DNA of 64,000 nucleotides, from the NCBI GenBank assembly GCA_951406725.2, contig OX597815.1, positions 110,608,001 to 110,672,000 of the forward strand, read 5' to 3'. Every line of letters starts with the position of its first letter. Within the stretch, counting starts at the first letter, position 1. The stretch comes from Octopus vulgaris. Its lineage: Eukaryota. Below, piece by piece: positions 41,321 through 54,765 of the stretch. The position numbers were made by a program, and so were the translations under genes. The notes beneath the pieces were generated by a model. It did no database searches. It was not told the origin of the DNA and worked only from the letters and a program-made list of their open reading frames with translations.

Positions 41321-42250
41321 GGTGGTGGTGGTGTGTTTTTTTTTTAATTTTAATACTGTCCTACAAATAGAAAAGTGCAACAAAAATATTAAAGAAAAAA
41401 AATAACTATTGATGGAAGACGAAGAAGAAGAAGAAGAAGAAGAAGAAGAAGAAGAAGAAGAAGAAGAAGAAGAAGAAGAAGAAGAAGAAGAAGACATAAA
41501 TAATAACTAAATGAATTGAGAGGAAATGACCATCGGTCATTGACTAGATCCGGCTGAAAGAAAAAAAAAGTGAAACAGAAACATCATCATCATCATTATC
41601 AGCAGCAGCAGCAGCAGCAACAACAACAACAACAACAACAACCACAACAATAAAAATGAATAACAATAAAGAATCTCAGTCATTATGGCCGACTTAATTA
41701 CGTGATAAATAGCTTTGCGGTTCCAGCCAAGCGGAAGACCAAATGGTGTGTTTATGACGTCTTTTCCGGTTTGTAGACATTAGAAACATTAGTGATAGCC
41801 TGACAATTGTTTTTGTTGTTGCTGTTGTTGTTGATGCTGCTGCTGTTGTTATGGTTGCTGCTGCTGACAGTGATGGTGGTGGTGGTGGTGATGTACAAGT
41901 ACGACGGTGTTGTTATTACTGCTGTTGCCTCGACTAGGGGTGGTGGTGGTGATGGTGGTAGTGGTGGTGGTGGTGGTGGTGGTTGTGGTGGTGATGGTGA
42001 TGGTAGTGGTGATAGAGATGCTGGTGGTTGATGGTTTTGGTAGCGATAGTGTTGGTGATACTAATGCTGATGGCAGTAATGGTTGTGAGTATCATAGTGG
42101 TGACGACTGAGGTGGTGGCGAAGTTGGTCGTGGCAACAACACTAGTGATGGTGATGATAAAAATAATGATGATGATGGTGATGATGATGATGATGATGAG
42201 GAGGAGGAGGAGGAGGAGGAGGAGGAAAATCATATGTTGTTGTTGTTGTT
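41250..42250. repeat. Block of trinucleotide repeats (GTA, GTG, GAA, CAA, TTG, ATG, GAG)
   Basis: Direct inspection. Confidence 0.9.
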
Positions 42251-44474
42251 CGTCTATCGACACGTGTCGTACATCGCTGCGTAAGTTTTGCTATTATTTA
42301 TATTGTTATACATTGTTTTACATTGTACATGTCTTATTGTTACTTAGTTAAACAAATCAGGACCTTAGGGAACTGATTAGCTCTTTCCCATTTGTAGCCC
42401 TTGGGGGCTATTCTGCGATTTGTTTGGGTTACAACACCCTTCATTTGTTTTCGCTAAAATCAAAAATGGCGAACGAAAACCGTCCATCCGCTGAAAAAGA
42501 AAAGCAGCTCATCTGCAAGACAGAACAGCCAAGTTGAATAAGAGAGCGACTGCTGTAGCAGCAACAACAAGAGCGCACAGGGAATGTATGGAAATGAATT
42601 CCTCTTGCTTCTTTCCTCTCCTTTACCACCGCAGAATCAAGAGGAGAAAATTATAAACGCCAACAACATAAGCAAAAATATTAACATCTCCACAGCTACC
42701 ACCAGTGCCAGCAGCAGCTGTAGTAGTAGTGTTAGGAACATCAAGAATACGAGAGACAGTAACGGCTGCAGCAGCGATGACAACTACATTAACAACACCA
42801 ACCAAAACAATGACAATAACAACAACAGCAGCAGCAACAGCAACAGCAAAAAACAACAACGATACCAATATTACCAACAGCAGTAGCATAAATGAGACCA
42901 CGATTCAGCCTAGACCTCACAGACAAAGATGAAAAGTTAGCTCAAGCCTGGAAACTCCTCATCAAACACGAACAAACTTGGGTCAACTTAACTGTCCCGG
43001 TAGAAGTCATCGAACAAGTCGGTGAGCTTGCAGCTCAGTACCTGGAGAGGCATGTCCATGCAATCCAACAATGTCGTTGGGCGCTGGAAGGACAAGCCAA
43101 TAAATTTGCTTAGGATTTCCTGTGGTCAAGACCTCCAAGTGGATAAGAATTGAGACGATGTGACAAGCAGAGCGGCCAGTTTCACCCGGAAATGGGTTGC
43201 GAGGAAGCTGTCCCTGAAAGGTCGGGCAGAGGTAGCGAATGCATACATCGCGTCCGCCATCCACTTCTACCCGGCCGTCGTACCTTGCCCCTGTTCGCAC
43301 CTCACCAAGTTGGAACGCTTCCCCTTCAAATTTTTGTGGAGGGGACAGGTTTCATTGGTGAGGCGGTCCATCAGCTGCCAGTACCCACTACGCAGAAGGT
43401 TAGGCATATCCCTGCTAATGATGCGTAGACAAGCACTGAGGCTGCGGTATCTCCATATATTCTGCTAAACGCTGAACAGGTGTGGTCGCTCTTTGTCAAG
43501 CAGTCTTTTCTCCAGCTCGTTTCCTTTGCCTGAGCTGCAGTCCTGGATCAAGAAGATGCGCAGACAAAGTGACTGACACCTGGAATGCTGCCAGGCACTC
43601 ACTGCCCTCTACCAGGCGGCAATGCGGTCAGTGAAACATCCACTCTTGGTTTCTATAGAGGGTTAGAGGTGGGAAAGTGCGATGACGCACTCGGAGAGGC
43701 TCTGGGAGGCGAGAAGTCGAAATGACCAGCCTGCTCTGAAGGACTTTCGATCTAGGGATGAAGGATAACTTCCAGAAATCCCTCGCTTGGCAGTGCTACC
43801 GGAGGGCACTGCCGGGTCGAATTAAACTTTACAGGCACGGAAGTGATGTCCGATGGAGCCGCCCGAGATGCGCACGGCGCGACGAACCCGTTTTGTACGC
43901 ACTCGTCTACTGTCCGTGCATTACTGACTTGTGGAGTTACGATTCTGGCTATCGGTTGAGTCAATAGTGAAGATCGACCCACCGCTTCGCTTTGGCCAGG
44001 AAAGGCAGGCAATTTTCTTGTTTGGTGGCAATAACGAAAGGGGTTGTATGGTGGACCAGGTTGAAAGGACTGAAAACAGATTCTTTTCTCTTCAGCGAAA
44101 TGAAGATGAGGGTGAAGAGTGAAGTGATGCCTCCAAGTACATTTGCTGAAAGGTGGATGTAACGAAAATGGCCCTTGTGAGTGAATCTACTCTAATAATA
44201 CGCATATAGGCTGGCGAATTTGAGGAGAGGGGTTACCCTTCCTGAGTGCTCTCGAATCGTCGGGTGGATCAGAATTGAAGGGGTACCTGAACCAACTCTG
44301 GGTGGATATCACCCCCACCCCACTGTGGAATTTTCCTTGTTATATTTTTCTTGTTTAATGTGTATTAGTTATTGTTTTCCTAATTGTTTACTCGATGTTT
44401 TGTGTAAAACCTCCACTGTCTTCGTCAATTGTATTTCCCCCTATATGTCGGCCATGGTGGTCAATAAATGAAAT
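42251..44474 (+). mobile_element. Tx1/L1-clade LINE deletion derivative with putative 5' UTR and ORF1 start, ORF2 C-terminus and 3' UTR, flanked by (TTG)n
   Basis: ORF2 relic WVARKLSLKGRAEVANAYIAS...FLW..., FQKSLAWQCYRRALP...CPRC-like zinc knuckle; AATAAA at 44463 before (TTG)n; ATG at 42467; homologous to 49260-50420. The 5' boundary is inferred. Confidence 0.78.
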
Positions 44475-44528
44475 TGTTGTTGTTATTGTTGTTGTTGTTG
44501 TTGTTGTTGCTGCTGCTGCTGTTATTGC

Positions 44529-44595
<67 letters not shown>

Positions 44596-44596
44596 G
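44474..44596. repeat. (TTG)n-(CTG)n-(TTA)n microsatellite
   Basis: Direct inspection. Confidence 0.95.
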
Positions 44597-44597
44597 T

Positions 44598-44803
44598 GGC
44601 CAGCTAGCAGAATCGTTAGCACGCCGGGCGAAATGCTTAGCAGTATTTTGTCCGTCTTTACATTCTGAGTTCAGATTCCGCCGATGTTGACTTTGCCTTT
44701 CATTCTTTCGGGGTCGATAAAGTAAATACCAGCTGAGCACTGGGGTCGATGCAATTGACTTACTCCCCACCTGGAATTGCTGGCCTTGTACCAAAATTTG
44801 AAA

Positions 44804-44879
<76 letters not shown>

Positions 44880-45200
44880 CATTGAACCAGTGACCTAGGT
44901 GAACCGTTAGCACGCCAGGCAGAATGTTTAGCGACGTTTCGTTCATCAGTACGTTTGAGTTCAAATTCCGCCGAGGTCGAAAAATGAGTACTAGTTCAGT
45001 ATTAACGTCGATATAATCGAGTTACTCTACATCCAAAATTTCAGGTCTTGAGCCTATTGTAGAAAGGATTCGATAGGATCGATTTTGCTTTCCATCCTTT
45101 AGAGATCGATAAAATAATGACCAGTTGATCACTGAGGTCGATGTAATCGACTTAACTCTCACCCCGAAATTACTAGCCTTGTGCCAGAATTTGAAAACAT
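44598..45200 (+). mobile_element. Family-A SINE (44598-44805, ATT tail) plus further fragments
   Basis: Homology to other family-A copies. Confidence 0.8.
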
Positions 45201-45649
45201 TATTATCATTATTATTGTCATCATCGCCATCATAATTATTCTCTTCTTCCTCCTCTTCATCATTATCATGGCATAGTATGACGAATGGATATCGTTTGGT
45301 CATTTTCTAGCCATTACTACCATTTTCGTTTCGCTCATACTGTATCCAACAGACATCCAATTTATTCCACTGTTCCTAAGTTTGAGGGCTACTTTAGCAA
45401 CATTTACTAGTAAGTCTAGTAACCGTGTATACGTTTAATCATACGCTTGAATAAGTACCAGCAATAATTTTTGGTTAACTTAATATTCGTTATTAACAGA
45501 TATGCATGAAATGTCAGTATGTCACATGGTAAGAAATCTGTTAGATAAGGCATTAATATAGCAGGAAAGACAAAAGAGCGCTGAACTCGATGCTATATGT
45601 TTGTTAGCTACGTTACTCAACATACTGGGCTCAAATCCTATTCACCCTT

Positions 45650-45822
45650 TGGCACACAATCCAACATCTGGCACACTCTCTAGAATTTAACAAACACTCC
45701 ATACTTCAGAATTTAAAATACACTCGAGCAGATAGCACTCAGCATCTAGCACATACTCTAACATCTGTCATACTGTCCAGCATCTGTTACACACTCCAGC
45801 ATTTGGTATTTACCCCAACTTT
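45650..45822 (+). repeat. Degenerate ~19-20-bp minisatellite (cacactccagcatctgg-like)
   Basis: About 7-8 imperfect units visible. Confidence 0.55.
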
Positions 45823-45839
45823 TCACGTATACCACCTGT

Positions 45840-46080
45840 GGCCCACATACGCGCTGTCTCCTCATTTTGTTTGTTCTACCGCTGGTTAGCAGTGTTCCAA
45901 TTAAGATAACTGCGTATAGCTTCTTTTGTATTCACCACCTTTAAGAGATGTCTTAATTCATCGCCCCACACTAACCGCCGAATCTAATCTTTTCTACTGG
46001 AACATCAGTTTTATGGAATTCCCTTCCCATCGACCTTTTCATCTGCAATTGTCTTAGAGTGTCTTGGACATGACGTTAAA
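45840..46080 (+). mobile_element. CR1-group LINE 3' end relic
   Basis: HIRAVSSFCLFYR ... TSVLWNSLPIDLF motifs. Confidence 0.55.
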
Positions 46081-47138
46081 TTGCACGACATGGCTTGACC
46101 TCAGTTCAGGAGCTTAGCAGTTTGGAGGTGGGTACAAAGTTACTCTTAGTCATTATTACTCCAAGTTAGCTTTGGTCGGTGTGTTTGTACTTGTCAAAGG
46201 TCCAATTATTGATCAAAACGTGGAAGGTGATCCTGTGACTAAGTCATAATGACTCGAGGAAGGACTAACCCCTAGACATATGTTAGACAGTTATACCGGT
46301 GTATAGATATATGGTGATATCACGTGAACCAGCTTCTCTAAACCCTGTGCTTCGAGAATACGCTCGGAAGACTATGAGAATAGGAATAAAGGTGTTAGTA
46401 AATGGAGAAACACAGCTGTGCTTTTCACTAGAAAAATCATGAATATTCAGATACTGATATGGAGCACCATGATCGCCAAGGCTTCTAAAATAAGCAGGTA
46501 TGGCACAAGAATAAGAAGGATTGGAGTAATTTAAACTGTACATCAACAAAATCATTCTAACTAGGAGGGAATGTGAAAATCATGGGTTTAGTTCCTTTAC
46601 TTCTGACTACAACCATTCAAAAAACAAAGATAAATAAATGAATGAATAAAAATACAAATGAAATAAACAAGTGAAAATAAAAAGAAATTATACCAGGATT
46701 GAATTATTTTTCTCATCCATACGTCATTGATAAATTAAATGTAACTATCTCTTACAAAATCGTGGCCCTGTGCCAATGTGAAATATGTAAATTAATGAAA
46801 TAGTCAGAATCAGTGAGGCGTAGTTAACGACGTGGCTGAGGTAGAAGTCGTTGTAAGAGTAGTGGTGGTAACAATAGTGAAGTTGTTGTTATTGTTATTG
46901 CTGTTTGTGGCGGTGGTTGTGGTGGTGGTGGTGGTTGTAAGGATGATAGTGGCAGAAGTCAGTTGTAGATACAGGCGCGTAAATTATGTTAGCATCATTT
47001 GTTCTGCTTAAATTTGCATTTCAGTATGGCTGGTTTGCATGTAATGTAAGCATTTAATGTTAAAATGACTTTCAGCGTTCTTGACATAATCAGACTTGGG
47101 ACTCGTATGACTACGCGCGCACGTCTGTGTTTTTATGC

Positions 47139-47169
<31 letters not shown>

Positions 47170-47634
47170 TGTATGTATGTATGTATGTATGTATGTATGT
47201 ATGTATGTATGTATGTATGTATGTATGTGTGTGTGTGCGTGTGTGTGCGCGCGCCTTCTTCTGTATGTGCTCTTATGTGCCAATGTGTGTTGTCCAACAA
47301 AAATATGGTCCCTGTCCGACATATATGTTAGAATTATACAGTAAATTTGCAAGATTTCTGTTACGCGCACACAATGAAATTTCTCATAAAACAAAAAGTA
47401 TACATACAAACTTACAAACATATATACGCACATGTATTTGTGTATACTTATAAAGATACATATACATACAGACATACATATATATATATATGTTTGCATG
47501 TATATATACATATATTATATATATATATATGTATGCATGTATGTATGTATCTATATATATATATACATGCATATATATTTTTTTATATATTTATATATAT
47601 GTGTGTGATGTGTGTAAATGCACACACACATACG

Positions 47635-47691
<57 letters not shown>

Positions 47692-47755
47692 GTAAAAAGA
47701 GAGAGAGGGGGTAAGGAAGGATAGATAGATAAATAGATACATACATACATAGATA

Positions 47756-48006
47756 TTGGGTTGGTGCATAATTATTGCGGCTGTTTTCAACAAATTCTAT
47801 TCAACAAAAACAATAACAGCTTGTAACAAAAACATCTTTAAATGATTATTCCGGAGCATATTCACCATCTACTTCAATTACTGCTTCTCATTTGCCTGGA
47901 AGACGATCAGACCGTCATTCAAAGGTGTTTTTGTTAAATATTGTTATTGTTTTTTGTTGAATAAAATTTGCTGAAAAGAAGTCGCAATAATTATGCAGCA
48001 ACCCAA
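47756..48006 (-). mobile_element. Mariner MITE
   Basis: TA TSD; TIRs ttgggttggtgcataattattgcg / cgcaataattatgcagcaacccaa extending to ~70 bp; transposase end DRLPGK*EAVIEVDGEYAPE* on the minus strand. Confidence 0.9.
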
Positions 48007-48329
48007 TAGATAGATAGATAATCTGTACGTCCTGTCAACTGATCTCAGCTGGTTTCCCCGGATATGATCTTACAAGACTGGAACATGCCGAAGACGGCAT
48101 TGTCTTTTACCCCTAGTAATTTGAATTAGCCAGTGTTATTACCGTTATAGCCTTTGCTTGTTGTTTTTCGAATTTTAACAATCCTGAAAGAGTAAGCTTG
48201 CATGGATAATCAGATATAATCGAATATTCTAAATTACCTGTATTATGAATGTGAGACTCTACCGATTATGTACTTAGCGTCAGAAGATTTTAAAAAATTA
48301 CCCGTTGTATTGTGGTGATGGATCTCCGT

Positions 48330-50657
48330 CGTTCGTCGGCTCATCACTTTGTTGAACACAGAGTTGAAGATTTTGGCCAAAGTGTTATCGAAAAGATTGG
48401 TGCGTGTTGCGGATGGCTTGATCGGCAAGGCAAAGACATGTGCCGTTCCCGGTAGATCCATCCAGGATAATCTCCATCTTATAAGGTACATTGTAGAGGG
48501 GTTTAATAACGATTCTGGCAAGGGAGGGGCAGTGGTCCATTTGACCAATCAAAAGCTTTTGATAAGATTGACCATCATTACCTGGTGTCCGTTCTGGTGC
48601 AGTTCGGCCTGGGTCTTGGCTTCCTCATGTGGATCATTGAAAGTTATCATAAAAACGACTCGGTAGTTCGGATGAACGGCTTTTTATCTAAACCTATTTC
48701 TTTACTACCCACAAGGGGCTAAACACAGAGAGGACAAATAAGGACAGACACACGGATTAAGTCGATTATATCGACCCCTGTGCGTAACTGGTACTTATTT
48801 TATCGACCCCGAAAGGATGAAAGGCAAAGTTGACGGAATTTGAAACTGGAAACGTAACGGCAGACGAAATACGACTACGCATTTCGCCCGGCGTGTTAAC
48901 GTTTCTGCCAGCTCGCCGCCTTATCTAAACCGGCTTTTTATCTAAACCGTTCAGCATCAAACGCTCGATTCATCAAGGGTGTCCACTCTCCCCCCTTTTG
49001 TATGTAATGGCTCTTCAGCCATTGCTGCGAAAATTGAGCGACATCCCGGGACAGCCAGGTTGTGGAGAGACAGTTTCAGCGTACGCGGACGACATCACCA
49101 TCATCACAACCGAAATGGATCACCTACAGAGAGTAGGCAAGGCCGTTGAGGGATACGTGACGGTGGCAAGAGCAAAGGTTAATCGTGAAAAGTCATCGGC
49201 TTGCAGCTCGGCACCTGGAGAAGTAAGTGGATGCCTCCTGACAGCGTCGTGGGACGTTGGACGGCGGGTCCGATTAAGTTGCTAAGAGTCTGGTTTGGAC
49301 CAGGCCTCCAAATAGAGAAGAACTGGGCCGAAGTAGCGAGCAAGATGGCCCACATAGCCAAGACCTGGTCTTAGCGGTGGCTATCCCTGAAAAGGAGGGC
49401 GGAGGTGGCCAATGTGTTCATCGCATCGGTCATCACCTACCGCCTAACCGTCGTTCCCTGCCCTGATTCGTGGTTGAGCAAGCTGAAAAGACAGCTCTTC
49501 CGCTTCTTGTGGAAGGGCTCGAATCCGCTTGTGAAACGCTCTATTTGCTGCCAACAACCGTTAATGGGTGGGCTAGGAATGCCTTGGCTAATGATGAACA
49601 GGCACTCGCTGAGGTTGAGGCATCTGTGGCTCTATTTGGATGGAAATCAGGTGTGGTCTCTGCTGGCGAAACAGCTATTTCCCAAGTTCACTTGTTTCGG
49701 TGGACTGGATACCTGATTGTATCGTAGATCGAAGCTGGGTACATGGTATACGGAGTGCCGTAAGGCTCTCCGGATATTCCATCTCACGGGCAACGCCTGC
49801 GGTAGCTGTTCTACCACATTCTTCTATACAGGGTTGGTAGAGGCAAAATGTGATGATACCTTGGGAGAAGCTCTAGGTCTCGATGATAATCAGCTAGCCA
49901 GTCTGTTCCAACGTACATTCGGGTCGAAGACGCTGCATAACTTCCAGAAGTCTTTGGCATGGCAATGTTACCTGTCCGGGACAAGCTCGCAAGGCATGGT
50001 GGCCCTAGCCCACCGACCTGTCCACGGTGTGGACGGGATAGGGAAACCGTCCCGCACACTATTGTTCAGTGTTCGGAAGTGTCAGATGTGTGGGTTTATG
50101 CTGAACAACTGTTGTCAAGTACAGGAAGAGTACATCTATCGACTGAGTCATTAGTAAAAATTGACCCATCGGATTTCCTATCGAAAGAAGGTAAGAACTG
50201 CTTTCTCATCGTAGCAGCAATTGCGAGAGAGGTGATTTGGAAGACGCGAATGAAAGGGTTAATAATAGGCATTTTTATCTCTGGCCCTGGCTCGGTGAAT
50301 TTCTTCACCTTCCACCTAAGAAGGAAAATAGGGTTAGAGAAAAGATGCCTGTCTGCGAAAATGTTCCAAGATCGATGGAAGAATGTCGCACGAATGTTGC
50401 GTATGGATGGAACCGCATGAATACAACGCAGGACGAACCCAAAGCATCAGTGGTGAGACGGGGCTTGTGGGGTCCAAGCATATCCCGCTTCCCCACCCCA
50501 TTCTGTATTGTTGTCTTGTATATGTTATCATTCGAACTATTTATATTTATGTAAAATTTGAAAATTCATCTTTTTGTTTAGTCATACGTGAAATCTGACC
50601 CCATATCAGATTGTACTGTCCCCTCTTTGTTGTCCTCTTGTGGGAAATAAAAAATTT
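48330..50657 (+). mobile_element. 5'-truncated Tx1/L1-clade LINE (RT, zf-RVT, 3' UTR), frameshifted and interrupted by a SINE
   Basis: ITLLNTELKILAKVL, GRSIQDN, KAFD, HQGCPLSPLLYV, AYADD, LSLKRRAEVAN, CPRCG...ETVPH...C; AATAAA and A-rich end near 50650. Confidence 0.9.
48695..48921 (-). mobile_element. Family-A SINE inserted into the Tx1 RT domain
   Basis: TSD cggctttttatctaaacc on both sides, plus an extra ttatctaaac at the 5' junction. Confidence 0.9.
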
Positions 50658-50659
50658 GC

Positions 50660-50828
50660 AAAATGCTTTGCGGCATTTCGTCTGTCTTTAAGTTCTGAGT
50701 TCAAATGCCCCGAGGTCATCTTTGCCTTTCATCCTTTTGGAGTCGATAAAATAAGTACCAGTTGAGAACTGGGATCGATGTAATCCCCTTCCCCAAACTT
50801 GCTGGCCTTGCGCCAAAATTTGAAATCA
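50660..50828 (+). mobile_element. 5'-truncated family-A SINE
   Basis: Homology to other copies. Confidence 0.8.
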
Positions 50829-50899
50829 TTATAACGTATATATCTTACAATTCCCGCTGGTAAGAACGAGACCCCTGAAATGGATGGCGAAAAAAGAAA

Positions 50900-51890
50900 T
50901 CTTGCTTTGGTATAATGGTTACAACGTCAGTCACGCTTACAGAAAACGCGGGTTCGAGACGCAAGAGCGGCCTTCAACGTTTTCTCTATCCATGGGTTCC
51001 TTTTAAACCAATATTCCATGCGCTGTTATTTATATCTTAGTGTAGGCGCGTGCCTTGGTGGTTAGGGTATTCGGTTATCATAATAAGACCGTGAGTTCGA
51101 TTCTCGGTGGCGCGTTGTGTCCTTGAGTAAGACACTGTATTTCACGTTGCTACAGTTTAATCAGCTGGCAAAAATGAGTAGTACCTGTATTTCAAAGGGT
51201 TAGCTGTGTCACACTCTGTGTCATGCAGAATTTTCCTAAGAACTACGTTAAAGGTACGCGAGTTTGTGGAGTACTCAGTCACTTGCACGTTAATTTCACG
51301 AGCAGACTGTTCCGTTGATCGGATTAACTGGAGCCATCATCGTCGTAACCGACGGAGTGCCAATTTTTATTTATAACTTTTCTTCTTCGAGCTTCACTGT
51401 TACATATAATGCCAAAATTACTAATATATAATTCGCTTTTAAAGGTGGCGCTCGAACTAGATAAAGTCATAAATGTCAGTGCGTAAATATTGCGTTAAAA
51501 TCTCTTTGGATAGAAAAAGTAGATGGCTGTCTCTGGAAATCGAACCTACGTCTGTGAACATGACAAACCTTCTGTGAGTCCACTAACATAATTCTTCAAA
51601 TTTTTCTGCTTATTTTAGATTTTTTTTTCTTATCATTGAGAATTGTATGTTGATTACGCCATAAGAGCGTGGAAACTTTGAGAGATATGAAATACTTCAT
51701 CTCTAACTGTGGAATTCGATGTAGATAAAGTTATAAACAATAGCTTTGTCTATTCTAGAATATTTGTTCATTGTAGCGAAAGAGAGAAATTCGAAAAATT
51801 GCTTTGGTACAGTGGCAGAATATCTGTCATATATACAGAGGATGTAAGTTCGAGTTTCACCGGCAGCCTTCGGCATTTTCTATCCAAAAG
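50900..51890. mobile_element. Cluster of old tRNA-derived repeats (heads near 50905 +, 51527 -, 51801 +) and a CORE-type SINE, family D (51045-51362 +)
   Basis: gctttggta...ggttcgag...gccttc...tctatcc is shared by 50905 and 51801; the 51045 copy has an A box, gagttcgattc and ccttgagtaagacact. Confidence 0.6.
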
Positions 51891-51936
51891 CATTATTCTA
51901 ACCCAATATTTACGAGTTATTATTTCTAGATTTGTA

Positions 51937-52596
51937 TAAGGCGGCGAGCCGGCAGAGTCGTTAGCACGCCGGGCGAAATGCGTAGCGTATTTCGTCTGCT
52001 GTTACGTTCTGAGTTCAAATTCCGCCGAGATCGACTTTGCCTTTCATCCTTTCGGGGTCGATAAATTAAGTACCAGTTACGCACTGGGGTCGATATAATC
52101 AACTTGATCCGTTTGTCTGTCCTTGTTTGTTCTCTCTGTGTTTAGCCCCTTGTGGGTAGTAAAGAAATAGGTATTTCGTCTGAGTTCAAATTCCGCCGAC
52201 GTCGACTTTGCCTTTCATCCTTTCGGAGTCGATAAAATAAATACCAGTTGCATACTTGAGTCGATCTAATCGACTGGCCACCTCCCCCAAAATTTCGGGC
52301 CTTGTGCCTAGAGTAGAAAAGAATCTTTAGCTCGCCAGACAAAATGTTTGCGGCATTTCTTCCGGCTTCACATTCTGAGTTAGAATGCTACCGAAGTTGA
52401 CTTCGACTTTGATCTCTTTCGGAGTTGATTAAATAATGTACCAGTCTTGTACTGAGGTCGATGTAATCCACTAGCCTCTACTCAATATTTCAGGCCCTTT
52501 GCCTATAGTAGAAACAGCTATTTGTAGATTTATCTGCGTCAATTCAACCACTAAAATCAAATTATTTCACGTCCCCCGAAATTTCTAAATCTCAAT

Positions 52597-52631
<35 letters not shown>

Positions 52632-52845
52632 ATGAACAATAAAAGAAAAAATAATGCTTCGGATATGCGTTCACTCAACTTTCTAGAAGCAGCTGCGAAA
52701 CCACTCTCAAATCACATATTCCTTTCTGCTCTAAGCACAAGACCCGGAATTTTAGGGGAGGGTGCCATTCGAATAGGTCGACCCCAGTACGCAACTGGTA
52801 CTTAATTTATCGAGCCCGAAAAGAAAAGGCCAAGTCGACCTCAGA
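51937..52845. mobile_element. Family-A SINE cluster: three plus copies (51937-52520) and one minus fragment (52720-52845)
   Basis: Homology; first-to-second copy junction at aaagaaataggtatttcgtctg. Confidence 0.85.
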
Positions 52846-53275
52846 TCATATATTATCATCTTTAAAATGTAAGGCCATAGATAACATAGTCAGAAATCCA
52901 AACCTAATAAAACTCACGAAATGGTGACATCTTAGGAGTCTCTCTGATCATAAGTTCGTCCATTCAATCACTATTCACCACAATGATTCAGTGACTACTT
53001 ATTTAAGAGCATGTTACCTTCCTAATGAGATATCAAGGGTCTAGATTCATGTCAGGTTTTTGAAAATCAAAATCAAAATCTTGAAACGACTCGCAGGATA
53101 ACAGTCAAACAACTTTTGAGATAACAGCATTTATAAATATAGAAGGTTTAATTATAGATATTTACTAACAGTATCGCTTTAAATTTGAATGATTTCATTT
53201 GAAATTAAAATTCCGTTTTGAATTACAATAATTATAGTAAGAATGAAATTAAATCGAATGAAAATATATACAGAA

Positions 53276-53415
53276 ACACGCGCACACACACACACACGTG
53301 CCTATGTATATGTGTGTGTGCGTGTGTATGCGTGTGTGCGTGTGTGTGGATATATATTTATATATATATATATATACATACATATACATATATATATATA
53401 TATATATACACACAC

Positions 53416-53470
<55 letters not shown>

Positions 53471-53565
53471 CATATATACATACATGCATATACATGTATA
53501 AATACATACATAATATATGTGTATATATAAACATACATACATATGTATGTGTGTGTGTTTGTGTA
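53276..53565. repeat. Compound CA/TG/TA microsatellite
   Basis: Direct inspection. Confidence 0.9.
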
Positions 53566-54648
53566 TTTGTTATATTTGTTTTAAAACGGTAAACATTTTC
53601 AGTAGATAGATAATCGTTTAATAAAGAGATAATTGTTCAATAAATATAGATAAATTTTGTGAAAATATCAATATATCTCTTACAAGAAATGCATTTAATT
53701 CATTTTATGACAATAATTAGCTTCTCACATCGATAATTCCATTTTAATATTTTGTTTTATTTCATTAAAATAGTTAAATGAGAAAATACGTGACCTAAAG
53801 ATTGCAATAGAGTAATGATTTGGTTTTTCACTAGAAAGAAGGTTATGTCTCTCTATTTACATGATTAGGAAATGCACATCACTTGGTATCGCTTTCTCCG
53901 TAAACTGCTGTCATATTTATTGGACCTAAAATAACTGATAAATAAATAAATATTTATCTATTTTATATCGCATTTGTTTGGTTACAGGTTTTCAACAACC
54001 AAGCCCTTAGTTCAGTACATATCTGATGTTGCATGTTAGAAGAAAGTGATTCAGTTTAACTTGCGATAGAACAAATATCATAAGACACTTCACTCAAAGA
54101 ACATTGACCTATCGATTTCTTCGCCGATATCTACATTCTATGGTTCTCGGAAGACCTTTATTTCGAATTACAGTGGAGTTATCATTTTATTGTTCCGGGG
54201 ACTCCGCTCCGGATGTCGGCTTTTGTTTTTGTTGTTATCGGATAAGTATGCATTGGTAAAAAAGATATCTATATTAGAAAAATAACAGCTTTCTTCAGGA
54301 AATGCATAAACAACCTCCCTGCACTGTGCTTTCAATAGACAAACTAACTTCATCCCATTAAAATGTTTACCTTTTTAAAACATATAAACGTTTAATAATA
54401 CAGCTTCTGTGTACATTTTCACTTTTGATAACTGTGGCACAATATAGACTTATGGTAATTTCTACAGAAATGTTATTCTATAATACCTGTAATATATTTT
54501 AATTCAAACGAAACAAAGGCATATTTATTCTTAAAGTACGTCATGAAAGATCTAAGGGATTTAAAGTATTTCAAAGCTATAACACAGTGTATGTGTGTGT
54601 GTTGGGAGGGGGCGTATGTGTGAGCGCGCTTATAAACACATGTACATA

Positions 54649-54715
54649 TCTAAATATATAAAGCTGAGGCTCTGTGTGTATGTGTGCATCACTAAAAATC
54701 GAGAACTACCCAACC

Positions 54716-54717
<2 letters not shown>
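54649..54717 (+). mobile_element. Helitron-like 5' end fragment
   Basis: A|TCtaaatatataaagctga resembles the 63764 and 35092 starts. Confidence 0.5.
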
Positions 54718-54761
<44 letters not shown>

Positions 54762-54765
<4 letters not shown>

